This document shows positions 44,117 through 54,050 of a stretch of DNA of 64,000 bases, piece by piece. The stretch is from a phage, in the sequence record PZ386964.1; one strand, written 5' to 3'. Position 1 is the first letter of the stretch. Each line of letters starts with the position of its first letter. Below the pieces are notes generated by a model that was not told the DNA's origin, made no database searches, and saw nothing but the letters and a program-made list of their open reading frames with translations. Both the position numbers and the translations under genes were made by a program.

Positions 44117-46492
44117 ATGAAAATTCTTGGCATAAAACTCTGGGAGAAGACGCAACCAGAAGCCGAACCAGCGGAGATGCCGCCAGGCGACCCATTGGCA
44201 CCGTTTGAACGCCTTGAAAGGCGCGGCAGCGGTCAACGCTGGGAAAAGACTGAAAGCAATCGACCGACCTTTAAAACGGTTGATGACTTCCCTTTATATG
44301 AGCCTGATATTAACGGGGACGGTGTTGCAATCATCAAAGGTCGCTCAGTAGATTCAGCAACCGTATCCAAAAAAGTTATGGATAATGCCTTAAAGAACAT
44401 CAGTTCAGAAGGGCAGGTGAATCCATACACAGTGCCTATTCAGTTGCAAAACTGGTACTTATCGCAATCATTTATCGGATATCAAGCTTGCGCAATTATC
44501 GCGCAGCACTGGCTGGTGAACAAGGCTTGTTCCATGGTAGGCCGCGATGCGGTCCGTAAAGGCTGGGAAGTCAAATCCAGTTCTGAGTCGGAATTGTCAG
44601 TACAGGCCAGCGAACGCCTAAAGCAAATTGATAAAGAATTTAATATCAAAGAGCACTTAGTTGAAGCCGAACGATTCAAGAATATTTTTGGCATTCGCGT
44701 CATCATATTTGACGTGCGCAGCGATGACCCAGAATATTATAGCAAACCTTTTAACATCGATGGTGTGACAAAAGGGTCTTATAAGGGAATTATTCAGGTT
44801 GACCCTTATTGGATGATGCCATTCTTGACGTCTGAAAACACCGCCGACCCTGCATCACAGCACTTCTATGATCCAGAATACTGGGTGATCAGCGGACAAC
44901 GTTATCACCGCAGCCACCTCATCATCTTGCGCAATGATGAGCCAGCTGATATTCTCAAGCCGACTTATATTTACGGCGGCATTCCTCTGACTCAGCAGAT
45001 TTATGAACGCATCTATGCCGCTGAGCGTACCGCCAACGAAGCGCCATTGCTGGCGATGTCCAAGCGTACAACCACGCTGCGGACCGACGTTGACAAGGCG
45101 ATTGCCAATGAGAGGTCTTTTGCTGAACGTCTGATGATGTGGATTAAGTACCGCGACAACTATGCAGTCAAAGTGCTTGGTCAAAAAGAAGAGATGGACC
45201 AGTTCGACATCAACTTGTCAGACTTCGATAGCATCATCATGAACCAGTACCAGCTGGTGGCTGCAATCGCAAAAGTTCCGTCAACCAAACTGCTTGGGAC
45301 TTCGCCAAAAGGCTTTAACGCCACTGGTGAATTTGAGATGGTCAGCTATCACGAAGAGTTGGAAACGTGCCAGCAACATGACCTGACAAAAATTCTCGAC
45401 CGCCATTATAAAATCCTTCTCAAATCAGAAGGGGTGGAAGTCGATGTTAAGGTTGCATGGGAACCAGTTGGCTCACTTACTGCCACTCAACTTGCAGAAA
45501 TCAACGACAAGCGAGCTAACACTGGCAAAACTCTCATTGATGCTGGAGTCATTTCTCCTGATGAAGAGCGCGACCGCATCAAAGACGACAAAAACAGCGG
45601 CTACAACCGTCTGCCGGAAGACGCAGCAGAAGAAACCCCAGGGATGTCTCCAGAGAATATGGCATTGCTTGGCAAGTCTGCTGGTGAAGTCTTGCAAGGT
45701 AAGGCCGATATTGAACAGGCGAAAGCTGATGTCGTTAAGATGGGCGGCCAGTTCTATAGCGAAACAGGTATCATGCCAGAAGGTGCCGCGCGTGGTGAGT
45801 TGGCGGAAAACCCTGACAGAGCGCCTGTCGAAATCAACATGGACGATACCGATGATGAATCAAGCCATCAGGTTGATGTCCTAATGCAGTTGAAAGAAGG
45901 TCTGGAGGGTATTGCTGATTACTACCTAAAAGAAGGTCAGGATGTGGATTTTGACCCTCAAAAAGATTCAAGGTCGGTGCAACCGTCTACCCTTCCAAGC
46001 GTCAAAGGTAATGTCGTTAACTTACGACACAACGTTGGAAAGATGGACGCAGCATCATTACCTAAGATGAAGTTGCACGGGCTGATTCTTGGCATTGAGA
46101 ATCCTCGCAACAGCATTCGTAGAGGTAACAGTCTTGACGGTGAATGGGCCGTGAAGATGCCGCACCATTACGGATTCATCAAGGGCACCAAGGGCGCGGA
46201 CGGCGATGAAGTAGACTGCTTTGTGGGTCCAAATATGAAGTCGCCGAAAGTCTTTATCGTTAACCAGAACGATAACTACTCTGGCGAGTTTGATGAACAC
46301 AAGTGCATGCTTGGATTCGATTCAGCAGAAGAAGCGAAAGAAGCTTATCAAGCATCATTTGGTAACGGTTGGAACGGATTCGACTCAATCCACGAATTGG
46401 ATGTTAACTCATTCAAAGAGTGGTTGAAGGGTGATTGCTCTCAAGCATACGGAGCACTCAATAATCCTACTAATTCACCGAAGCAAGGTTGA
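44117..46492 (+). CDS. Portal protein with a C-terminal inorganic-pyrophosphatase-like domain
   Basis: ATG preceded by AGGTGG. N-terminal ~480 aa portal-like, between terL and a MuF-like gene. C-terminal ~130 aa contains DGDEVDC (family I pyrophosphatase signature pattern) and segments alignable to E. coli Ppa. Confidence 0.6.
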   Translation: MKILGIKLWEKTQPEAEPAEMPPGDPLAPFERLERRGSGQRWEKTESNRPTFKTVDDFPLYEPDINGDGVAIIKGRSVDSATVSKKVMDNALKNISSEGQVNPYTVPIQLQNWYLSQSFIGYQACAIIAQHWLVNKACSMVGRDAVRKGWEVKSSSESELSVQASERLKQIDKEFNIKEHLVEAERFKNIFGIRVIIFDVRSDDPEYYSKPFNIDGVTKGSYKGIIQVDPYWMMPFLTSENTADPASQHFYDPEYWVISGQRYHRSHLIILRNDEPADILKPTYIYGGIPLTQQIYERIYAAERTANEAPLLAMSKRTTTLRTDVDKAIANERSFAERLMMWIKYRDNYAVKVLGQKEEMDQFDINLSDFDSIIMNQYQLVAAIAKVPSTKLLGTSPKGFNATGEFEMVSYHEELETCQQHDLTKILDRHYKILLKSEGVEVDVKVAWEPVGSLTATQLAEINDKRANTGKTLIDAGVISPDEERDRIKDDKNSGYNRLPEDAAEETPGMSPENMALLGKSAGEVLQGKADIEQAKADVVKMGGQFYSETGIMPEGAARGELAENPDRAPVEINMDDTDDESSHQVDVLMQLKEGLEGIADYYLKEGQDVDFDPQKDSRSVQPSTLPSVKGNVVNLRHNVGKMDAASLPKMKLHGLILGIENPRNSIRRGNSLDGEWAVKMPHHYGFIKGTKGADGDEVDCFVGPNMKSPKVFIVNQNDNYSGEFDEHKCMLGFDSAEEAKEAYQASFGNGWNGFDSIHELDVNSFKEWLKGDCSQAYGALNNPTNSPKQG

Positions 46493-46493
46493 T

Positions 46494-47345
46494 ATGGCTT
46501 TTAAAGCTTCGAGAAAACGTGAACGCCGCTCACCCGATAGAATCGGGCGCGGCAGTCCGATAGTACCATCAAATGCTATTGCGATGGCCTACCGTCGTGA
46601 GATGAAAGGTCTTTGCTATGCGATGATTGATGACTATCAGGAAGGCATTTCAGAATGGCTTGACAAGAAGCAGGTGCAAAAGTTTTTTGCGCAAGACTCT
46701 GCTGATTCGACATTCCAGACCCTTATGAAAAGGCTGCAGCTGAAATGGGCAAAGGCTTTTGCACGTGTTGGGTCAAAGATTGCCGCCGATTTTATCAAAT
46801 CGGTCGAAAAGGGCGCTACTTCTGCTACATTCGCCAGCCTTAAGTCAGCAGGCATAGAAGCGCCAAAGGCCACATATAACAAATTCGTTGAGAACACTCT
46901 TAGAACAAGCGAGACGTTCAACACGACTCTAGTGACTAAGGTCGGCGAGGACATTCACAACAGAGTGTACGAAGCAGTCATGCTTTCGTTGACTTCGCCC
47001 GACCCAGCCCAGCAAGGAACGTCAGGCATTCAGGCGGCGTTGCGAAACGTAAAACACTTCTCTGCAAAGAGAGTCGACTTAATCGCTAAAGACCAAACGA
47101 GCAAATTGTATTGCGTTCTAAGCGATGAAAGGATGCGCCAGAATGGAGTCGAAGAATTTGAGTGGGCGCACTCAGGAGCAGGAAAGGAGCCGCGAATCTC
47201 TCATGAGCACGTCGACGGAATGAGATTCAAACTTGATGACAAGCGCCTATGGGAAGTTGGCGGCGAATTGAAGTTCAAAAAGGGTGACATCGGTCCTCCT
47301 GGATGGGCAATACACTGCAAGTGCAGAAAAATACCAATCATTTGA
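46494..47345 (+). CDS. Head morphogenesis protein, MuF / SPP1 gp7-like
   Basis: Position right after the portal; C-terminal PGWAIHCKCR motif. Confidence 0.6.
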   Translation: MAFKASRKRERRSPDRIGRGSPIVPSNAIAMAYRREMKGLCYAMIDDYQEGISEWLDKKQVQKFFAQDSADSTFQTLMKRLQLKWAKAFARVGSKIAADFIKSVEKGATSATFASLKSAGIEAPKATYNKFVENTLRTSETFNTTLVTKVGEDIHNRVYEAVMLSLTSPDPAQQGTSGIQAALRNVKHFSAKRVDLIAKDQTSKLYCVLSDERMRQNGVEEFEWAHSGAGKEPRISHEHVDGMRFKLDDKRLWEVGGELKFKKGDIGPPGWAIHCKCRKIPII

Positions 47346-47352
47346 GGTCATT

Positions 47353-48273
47353 ATGACGATACCAATCAGCACGTTTCCTCTATCTGGACAAACGCCAGTA
47401 TTGCCTGCTGTATATGCTAACGGTTTGGCGATTGTTTCAGATTTTACATCCGACAAAAACTTGATTGTTCCATTGAGTCCGCCATTGGCGTCTGGATACA
47501 ATTCAGTTGGTCAATTCTTTATGATCGGTAATGACGGCGATTCTACCAGCAAGCCGAATCTGACACTTTCAGTTCCCAAAATGAACATAACAGACGTGCA
47601 GAGTGGTTTAACTGCATCTACAATCACCATCGCTTTTGGCGAAGCAGTGATTATAGGCATGGAGTCTGGAGGGTCCAAGAATGCTGTCGCCGTTAAGGTA
47701 GTCAAATCCAGTGGAAACCAATACACGCTACCAGCGGCAACGGCTTCTGTTCTTGGAGGCGTCAAAATAGGAAGTGGCATAAGCGTTGCAGGTGACGGCA
47801 CAATTAGCGTGACTCAATACTCGTTACCGATTGCATCAGCGTCAACCTTGGGCGGCGTAAAGGTAGGTACGACACTATCAATTGATGGTTCTGGTGTTCT
47901 TAATGCAGCAGCAAGCAACGTCCAGAATGCCACTAATGGTGTCAGCAATCCTCCAACAACTTTGGTAAATCTGGCAACCTTAAACCTTCCTGCAGGAAAG
48001 TGGCTGGTCACGGCAAGTCAGTTGACTGTCGCGACAGCAGGAATTCAAGCGAATACCGGAATTACAGTCAAATTGTCAACAAGTAATTCAGATATTACGG
48101 ATGATGCATTTACGATGTCGGCTGGCATTCGGGCTGCAGGTCGTTTCGGCGGCAATATTCCAACAAAGATAATTACTCTTGCCGCGCCTGGCAACGTGTA
48201 TCTAAACTATCAATGCACAGACGCATTGACATCTACCGTTTACGGACAGATCACTGCAATTAAGTTGAACTAA
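47353..48273 (+). CDS. Fiber-like structural protein with tandem ~30-aa repeats
   Basis: ATG with GAGGT site; repeats YTLPAATASVLGGVKIGSGISVAGDGTISVTQ / YSLPIASASTLGGVKVGTTLSIDGSGVLNAAAS resemble phage fiber repeats. Confidence 0.5.
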   Translation: MTIPISTFPLSGQTPVLPAVYANGLAIVSDFTSDKNLIVPLSPPLASGYNSVGQFFMIGNDGDSTSKPNLTLSVPKMNITDVQSGLTASTITIAFGEAVIIGMESGGSKNAVAVKVVKSSGNQYTLPAATASVLGGVKIGSGISVAGDGTISVTQYSLPIASASTLGGVKVGTTLSIDGSGVLNAAASNVQNATNGVSNPPTTLVNLATLNLPAGKWLVTASQLTVATAGIQANTGITVKLSTSNSDITDDAFTMSAGIRAAGRFGGNIPTKIITLAAPGNVYLNYQCTDALTSTVYGQITAIKLN

Positions 48274-48283
48274 AGAGGAAGTT

Positions 48284-48421
48284 ATGCAAAAGATTATTCA
48301 GTCACGTTACGTTAAAGTGCGAAATATTAATTGCAACTCTTTGCTTTCTTGGAAATGGGCTGTTTACGACTCGATGCTGATTGGCGTTTTAGTTGCTGGA
48401 GTGCTTTTTAATATTCACTGA
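48284..48421 (+). CDS. Small membrane peptide (45 aa), absent from the ORF track
   Basis: Strong AAGAGGAAG site 6 nt before the ATG; hydrophobic helix SMLIGVLVAGVLF. Confidence 0.4.
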   Translation: MQKIIQSRYVKVRNINCNSLLSWKWAVYDSMLIGVLVAGVLFNIH

Positions 48422-48461
48422 ATCGCCTGGCAATGGATTGCCGCAGGATTTTACGCGTATA

Positions 48462-48723
48462 ATGACGTATCATCCGTATCAAGTAAGTAGTTGTTTTCGA
48501 AAGAATCTTACGGGTGATACGGATGATACGCGTTGCCGCGATACTTTATAGGAATTCAAATAAATTAATTTAAAATTATATATCTAATTTAATTTTATTT
48601 TTTTATAAACTCTTATATATGAAAAGTATCCGTATCATCCGTATCATCCGTAGCACACCAGTGATAGCGCGGCTTATACACCGATACGGATAAAAATACG
48701 CCTCATTTTATCCGTATCATCCG
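48462..48723. repeat. Iteron locus B: long inverted repeat of GATACGGATGATACG-type units around an AT-rich core, plus a 13-bp-arm hairpin
   Basis: Left arm CTTACGGGTGATACGGATGATACGCG (48506-48532); AT-rich 48533-48618 containing AATTAATTTAAAATTA; right arm GTATCCGTATCATCCGTATCATCCGTAGC (48618-48646); hairpin GATACGGATAAAA-10 nt-TTTTATCCGTATC (48675-48710). Confidence 0.6.
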
Positions 48724-48785
48724 TATCACACTAATTAAGTCGCGGCTATATCGGTTGTTATACATATTCAAACCATAATTATTGT

Positions 48786-48814
48786 TTGCCTAAGTTTTTT
48801 TCATTAGATATAAT
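48786..48814 (+). promoter_or_regulatory. Sigma70-like promoter for the head-gene operon
   Basis: -35 TTGCCT (48786-48791), 17-bp spacer, -10 TATAAT (48809-48814), just downstream of iteron locus B. Confidence 0.55.
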
Positions 48815-48837
48815 ACACAATACTTATTTGAGGGTGG

Positions 48838-50259
48838 ATGCGAATGCAAACGGCACGCGAAATTGACAAAAATGGATTCTTGACGATTGTGGGTTGTCCC
48901 ATTTCGTCATTTGGCATTTTTGATTATTCTGCAGGTCAGGTTGGACTTGATGGTGATCCGAATCGCATCGTAAAAGTTTATCGCCCAGAGTCAGCGGTGA
49001 AAGACCCCGAAGCGATAGATTCATTCAAAAATATCCCTTTCATCGACAATCACGAAATGCTTTCTGGATTCGAAGGTGATGAGGATAACACAGCACCCGA
49101 AGAGTATGGCGTTGATGGCGTTCTAACTGGCAATGTTTATTATGACAAGCCATGGATGCGCGGCGACCTTAAAGTGTTTAGCCGTCGTCTTAAGAAGGCC
49201 ATTGATTCTGGAAAGGCTGATTTGTCTTTGGGCTATGACTGTGAATTCATCATACAGTCTGGAGAGTTTGACGGGCAGCCGTATGAAGTGGTACAAACAA
49301 CTCTTCGCGGCAACCATATTGCTCTCGTGGACGTTGGTCGAGTACCAGGTGCACGGGTGCTGGATGGTCGTTGCTTTGACCATCTTTGTTTGACGACTGT
49401 AACACCATCCAACGAGGATTTAGACATGCCAAAACCGTTAAAAGGTAAAGCGCGTGATAATGCTGTTGAACAGCTGAAATCACTGATCCCTGCGCTCGAA
49501 CAATTTCTGAATGAAGAGAGCACCGAAGCTGCTCATCAGGACGAAGTTGAAGTGAAAGCAGAAGAGAAGGATTCAACCGAAGAACGTGAAGAAGTGATGG
49601 TTGATCCAGAAGTTAAAGCAGAAGCTGAAGAGACTCCAGAAGGTGAAGAGAAGTTTGAAGTTGAAACTGAATCTCACGCTGGCGGCGAACTTCCGCAACT
49701 GATCAGCCAAATCGAAGCACTTATTGCAAAACTGAAAGGTGGCGCGGTAGGTGATGAAGAAGAAGTTGAAGCCGAAGTCAAAGACGAAGAAGAAATTGAA
49801 GTCAAGGCTGAAGATGTATCACCTTGCGACAAAGCTGAAGATGTGGTTAGCGGCCTGCAAAACAGCAACGTAAAGGGGGCTTCGGTCGAAAAAGATGACA
49901 AACCGACAAAAGCGGCGAAAGCGTCGCCAGGTCCAGCAAAAGGGGAACACTCAATGGCATCTGATTCAGCAGTTGCTGCTTTCTACGCTGATTCTGCTCG
50001 TAAGAATAGCCTCTACCAGCGCCTGTCTAAAGTTGTTGGTGCCTTTGATCATGCAACTATGGACTCCAAGTCCGTAGCGAAATATGGCGCTAAAAAGTTA
50101 GGCTTGAAGTGCGTTGATGGTGCTGAGTTTGACGTTGTGGATAATTATCTGCGCGGCGTTGAACACGGTCAAAAACAGCGTGTAGTCGCAAAACAAAAGG
50201 CCGCTGCGGATTCTGCAGCAACTGACGAAGCATTTGAAGCTTGGTTGAAAGGGGAATAA
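48838..50259 (+). CDS. Head scaffolding / prohead-protease-like protein (putative)
   Basis: N-terminal domain with LRGNHIALVDVGR motif, long Glu/Lys-rich acidic linker, C-terminal domain; promoter TTGCCT, 17 bp, TATAAT upstream. Start may be the ATG at 48844. Confidence 0.45.
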   Translation: MRMQTAREIDKNGFLTIVGCPISSFGIFDYSAGQVGLDGDPNRIVKVYRPESAVKDPEAIDSFKNIPFIDNHEMLSGFEGDEDNTAPEEYGVDGVLTGNVYYDKPWMRGDLKVFSRRLKKAIDSGKADLSLGYDCEFIIQSGEFDGQPYEVVQTTLRGNHIALVDVGRVPGARVLDGRCFDHLCLTTVTPSNEDLDMPKPLKGKARDNAVEQLKSLIPALEQFLNEESTEAAHQDEVEVKAEEKDSTEEREEVMVDPEVKAEAEETPEGEEKFEVETESHAGGELPQLISQIEALIAKLKGGAVGDEEEVEAEVKDEEEIEVKAEDVSPCDKAEDVVSGLQNSNVKGASVEKDDKPTKAAKASPGPAKGEHSMASDSAVAAFYADSARKNSLYQRLSKVVGAFDHATMDSKSVAKYGAKKLGLKCVDGAEFDVVDNYLRGVEHGQKQRVVAKQKAAADSAATDEAFEAWLKGE

Positions 50260-50261
50260 AC

Positions 50262-50879
50262 ATGACTTTCCAAACTAGTGTAGGCCGTCAATATACAACT
50301 GGCTTTCCTGGCGACATCGTTCGCGACGGCCCACAGCGTGGGAAGCCAGGTCGAATCGTTAGCGCCAACGAAGGGGCAAACGTAAACGCCATCAGCCGTG
50401 TGTTCGGTTTTAAGGCTGACGTATCTTTAATGGGTACTGGTCAAACCAAAACCTTGGGCGCGCAGGACTTTGAAGTTGAACTGGGCGGCACCAATTACTA
50501 CGGCGTCCTCGGCAACAGCAAGCGTTACGCTCTGTATGGCAACTCTACTGGTCCTTTGGGCGCCAGCATGGTTCTGCCTCAATATAGCGAAGGCGAGTTC
50601 TACGACATGTGCACGGGCCTCGTAGTTGAAGTATTCAACCCAAGCACCAGCCCGCAGACGCTTAACTATGGCGATTTGCTCGCTTATGTACCTAAAGGCA
50701 TCTCCAGCACGGATAACCCGAACAACTTGCCTATCGGTGCAATTATCGCCTATACTGGCTCACTGCCAACTGGCATGGTTGCCATTCCAGGCGGTATCGT
50801 GATTGACCCGACTGCTATTGCCCTTTCCGGCCCAAGCGTCCAGTCTTCCACTTATACCATTGTACAATTGACTCGTTAA
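50262..50879 (+). CDS. Hypothetical structural protein (decoration or scaffold candidate)
   Basis: ATG with AAGGGG site; 205 aa, Gly/Ser-rich; between scaffold-like and capsid genes. Confidence 0.45.
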   Translation: MTFQTSVGRQYTTGFPGDIVRDGPQRGKPGRIVSANEGANVNAISRVFGFKADVSLMGTGQTKTLGAQDFEVELGGTNYYGVLGNSKRYALYGNSTGPLGASMVLPQYSEGEFYDMCTGLVVEVFNPSTSPQTLNYGDLLAYVPKGISSTDNPNNLPIGAIIAYTGSLPTGMVAIPGGIVIDPTAIALSGPSVQSSTYTIVQLTR

Positions 50880-50893
50880 TAGGCAGGTGAATA

Positions 50894-52033
50894 ATGACTC
50901 GCATTAGCCAAACACACTCTCGCCTCCCAGCGAGCAAGGTGCGCCCTTTTGATATGCAATCCGTTACCGACGCGGCTGTTTCCCAGCTTGCTCGTATCGG
51001 TATTGTGTTTGATTCCGCGATTGTGCGTGATCAGATTGAGCACTTAAACCGTGCAGGCGCTTTCCGCGTAGGTGACGCCGCGTTTACCGCGCCGCAGACC
51101 ACGCCATCAATCCCGACCCCGCTGCAGTTCCTGCAACAGTGGCTGCCTGGCTTCGTCAAAATCATGACCGCTGCCCGTAAAATTGACGAGCTGGTTGGTA
51201 TTGACACCGTTGGTCAGTGGGAAGATGCAGAAATCGTTCAGGGCATCGTTGAACCAGCTGGCACCGCAGTTGAATATGGTGATTTCACCTCTATTCCTCT
51301 GGCAAGTTGGAACGTGAACTTTGAACGTCGTTCCATCGTTCGCGGTGAAATGGGCATGGCAGTCGGCATGCTGGAAGAAGGCCGCGCGTCTGCGATGCGT
51401 CTGAACTCCGCAGAGACCAAGCGCCAGCAGGCTGCTGTATCTCTGGAAATCATGCGTAACGCAATCGGCTTCTATGGTTGGTACAACGGGAACAACCGCA
51501 CGTTCGGCTTCCTGAATGATCCAAACCTGCCAGCGGCGATGACTTCAAACACCACTTCCGGCTGGGCTACTGCGACCTTCCAACAGGTGACTGCAGACAT
51601 CCGTTTGATGGTTCGTCAAATTCGTGTAAACTCTCAGGATCAGATTGATCCAGAGAAGGTTGACATGACTCTGGCGTTGCCGACCAACTCTATTGATTGG
51701 CTGTCAAACACCACCGACTTCGGTATTTCTGTACGTGACTGGATCACCCAGACTTATCCGAAGATGAAGATCAAATCTGCACCGGAACTCAACGGCGCAC
51801 TTGGCAGTGACCCGACTTTCCTGAACGTGGCATATCTGTACGCTGATCACATCGATTCCTCAATTGATGGCTCAAGCGATGATGGTTCCGTATTCAGTCA
51901 GCTGGTCCAGACTAAGTTCATGACTCTGGGCGTTGAGAAACGTGCCAAGAGCTACGTTGAAGACTACGCAAACGCAACAGCAGGCGTTCTGCTCAAGCGT
52001 CCTTTCGCAGTCGTCCGTATGACTGGTATCTAA
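50894..52033 (+). CDS. Major capsid protein (putative)
   Basis: 379-aa ORF in the expected position after the scaffold-like gene; followed by a strong stem-loop. Confidence 0.55.
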   Translation: MTRISQTHSRLPASKVRPFDMQSVTDAAVSQLARIGIVFDSAIVRDQIEHLNRAGAFRVGDAAFTAPQTTPSIPTPLQFLQQWLPGFVKIMTAARKIDELVGIDTVGQWEDAEIVQGIVEPAGTAVEYGDFTSIPLASWNVNFERRSIVRGEMGMAVGMLEEGRASAMRLNSAETKRQQAAVSLEIMRNAIGFYGWYNGNNRTFGFLNDPNLPAAMTSNTTSGWATATFQQVTADIRLMVRQIRVNSQDQIDPEKVDMTLALPTNSIDWLSNTTDFGISVRDWITQTYPKMKIKSAPELNGALGSDPTFLNVAYLYADHIDSSIDGSSDDGSVFSQLVQTKFMTLGVEKRAKSYVEDYANATAGVLLKRPFAVVRMTGI

Positions 52034-52058
52034 TTGCTGTGATTACACAGTAAAACAC

Positions 52059-52088
52059 ATGGGGCGTGGTCGAAAGGCTTCGCCCCAT
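52059..52088 (+). terminator. Stable stem-loop after the major capsid gene (terminator-like, no clear U-tract)
   Basis: ATGGGGCG ... CGCCCCAT 8-bp stem with a 14-nt loop. Confidence 0.4.
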
Positions 52089-52148
52089 ATCAATAGACCT
52101 CAAGGGCTGTAGGGGCTTATCTGAGGCTTATATAAATAGGACTACAAA

Positions 52149-52613
52149 ATGCCAAAATACATCGTTTCAACTATGTCTATGTCAGTCAACTACACTTTCT
52201 ATACGGAAGTGAAAGAAAACCCGAACGCAAAAGCTGGTTCAGGCGCTCTTCCAAACATTCGCAAACAGATTCTGATTAAAGGCGGCGCTGGCCTTACTTC
52301 GGCAACCTCCGGCTTTGGTGAAATGGCAAAAGGCGCTGATGGTGCACCTTTGTGGACTCCTGAAGGAATCGTCACCGTTGTAAGCGATGCTGATTTTGAA
52401 CATTTAAAAGATCATCACGTATTCAAGCAACACCTTGAAAAAGGTCTGGTTAAAGTCGTGAACCACGACATTGTTGGCAATCACAAAGCTGTCGCTAAAG
52501 AAGTGCGCGGCATGTCAGATGACCCATTCGCACCTATGACGCGTGAGACGGCTGACAAGCGCATTAAGGTTAAATTGAGCGGCGACCAAGAAGATGATTT
52601 GTTCCGCGTTTAA
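52149..52613 (+). CDS. Hypothetical structural protein
   Basis: 154-aa ORF downstream of the capsid gene. Confidence 0.5.
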   Translation: MPKYIVSTMSMSVNYTFYTEVKENPNAKAGSGALPNIRKQILIKGGAGLTSATSGFGEMAKGADGAPLWTPEGIVTVVSDADFEHLKDHHVFKQHLEKGLVKVVNHDIVGNHKAVAKEVRGMSDDPFAPMTRETADKRIKVKLSGDQEDDLFRV

Positions 52614-52627
52614 ATAAGGTGAATGCC

Positions 52628-53083
52628 ATGTCATTAGATTACGAAAAGTTCAGAATAAAATTTCCACAGTTTGCTGATCAGGTGAAATTCCCTGACGCAA
52701 CGCTTCAAGTATTCTATGACATGGCATGTGAATTTATTGAATCACAAGACAGTCCTTGTCGTGTTTTAAATGGCAGTAAATTGGAGCTGGCATTGGAATA
52801 TATGACGGCTCATCTTTTATGCATAGCCGCAGACCAACAGGTGTCTGTGTCTTCTGGCGACGGAGTTGAACAAGGCGGCTTCGTGACTGGTGCAACAATC
52901 GGTGACATCACCGTGAATAAGGTAGCGCCGCCTGCGAGTGATGGTTGGGAATACTGGCTGTCAAGCACTCCTTATGGTATGGCGCTTTGGGCGCTTCTGC
53001 AAGCACTGGCTGTCGGCGGCTTGTCGTTTGGCGGTCTTCCAGAGCGCGAAGGATTCCGTAAAATTGGTGGGGTATTCTGGTGA
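52628..53083 (+). CDS. Head-tail connector / adaptor-like protein (putative)
   Basis: ATG 6 nt after AAGGTG; position between head and tail genes. Confidence 0.4.
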   Translation: MSLDYEKFRIKFPQFADQVKFPDATLQVFYDMACEFIESQDSPCRVLNGSKLELALEYMTAHLLCIAADQQVSVSSGDGVEQGGFVTGATIGDITVNKVAPPASDGWEYWLSSTPYGMALWALLQALAVGGLSFGGLPEREGFRKIGGVFW

Positions 53084-53466
53084 GGATTCCTGGCGTAAAC
53101 TTATATCGAGTTGCGACAAAGGTCATCGGTCGCCAACCGATTCAATATTACATGTACAAGGGGCGCACTCTTGATAAAATGCGCAACTACGTTACCACTT
53201 ATGAAGAACCAATCACCCTGCTTGCTTCGGTGCAGGCTGTACTTCGAAATCAATACGTTGAGCTTGGATTAGAGCTTCAAAAGAACTATGTCAAAATCTG
53301 GGTAGACAAAGACATTGTTGACCTTGACCGCGACGCTTCCGGCGACTATTTTGTGTTTGGTGGGAAAACGTATAAAATGGAAGATGAAACGACATGGTTT
53401 GACCAAGATGGTTGGACGTCTTGCCTTGCCGTGGAAGTAAAACAAAGCTTTCCAGTGTCTACTTGA
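53080..53466 (+). CDS. Hypothetical structural protein (neck/head-closure candidate)
   Basis: 128-aa ORF, ATGA-coupled. Confidence 0.45.
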   Translation: MRIPGVNLYRVATKVIGRQPIQYYMYKGRTLDKMRNYVTTYEEPITLLASVQAVLRNQYVELGLELQKNYVKIWVDKDIVDLDRDASGDYFVFGGKTYKMEDETTWFDQDGWTSCLAVEVKQSFPVST

Positions 53467-53467
53467 G

Positions 53468-54049
53468 GTGCATATGACAGATGTCGACCTGATTGACATG
53501 CTGGCAACGCGAATTGAAGAAGGTCTGGCGGCGTATAGTCGTGCAGACCTTTCTGCTGTTCCGGTCCAGAAAAAGTATCAACCGACTCAACAGGGTATTC
53601 CGACTGGTGACCAAATTTGGTTTAACCTTTTATTCTCAGTTCCGTTTGGATGGTCCATGAGGAAAAGTGAATTTGTCAATGATGAGTCTCAATTTGTAAA
53701 CGGAAAATTCAAAGATATTGAAGATCAAATATACGCTACACGTTTTCAAATCAGCGGCTTATTTCCAGAAGTTCCTGGCAATCCAGAAAAGCCTACTGCT
53801 AATGACGTGTTGACTTATTTGGCAAGATTTATAACTCATAAAGCTAATCTGAGAGATTGGTTCAAAAAGCACCAAGCTTCAGTATATCGAATCGACATGA
53901 ATAATAATGAAAAGTTTTATGATGACATGTCTCAATTCGAATCATTCCCTTCTTTTGATTTAGTAATACTTCACAGAAACGCAATTTCAATTGATACTCC
54001 TGCAGTGGCAAGAGCTGTTAATAATGATTTGGGTGACGTTCCGGTGTAA
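53468..54049 (+). CDS. Hypothetical structural protein
   Basis: 193-aa ORF in the co-oriented structural array. Confidence 0.45.
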   Translation: MHMTDVDLIDMLATRIEEGLAAYSRADLSAVPVQKKYQPTQQGIPTGDQIWFNLLFSVPFGWSMRKSEFVNDESQFVNGKFKDIEDQIYATRFQISGLFPEVPGNPEKPTANDVLTYLARFITHKANLRDWFKKHQASVYRIDMNNNEKFYDDMSQFESFPSFDLVILHRNAISIDTPAVARAVNNDLGDVPV

Positions 54050-54050
54050 T

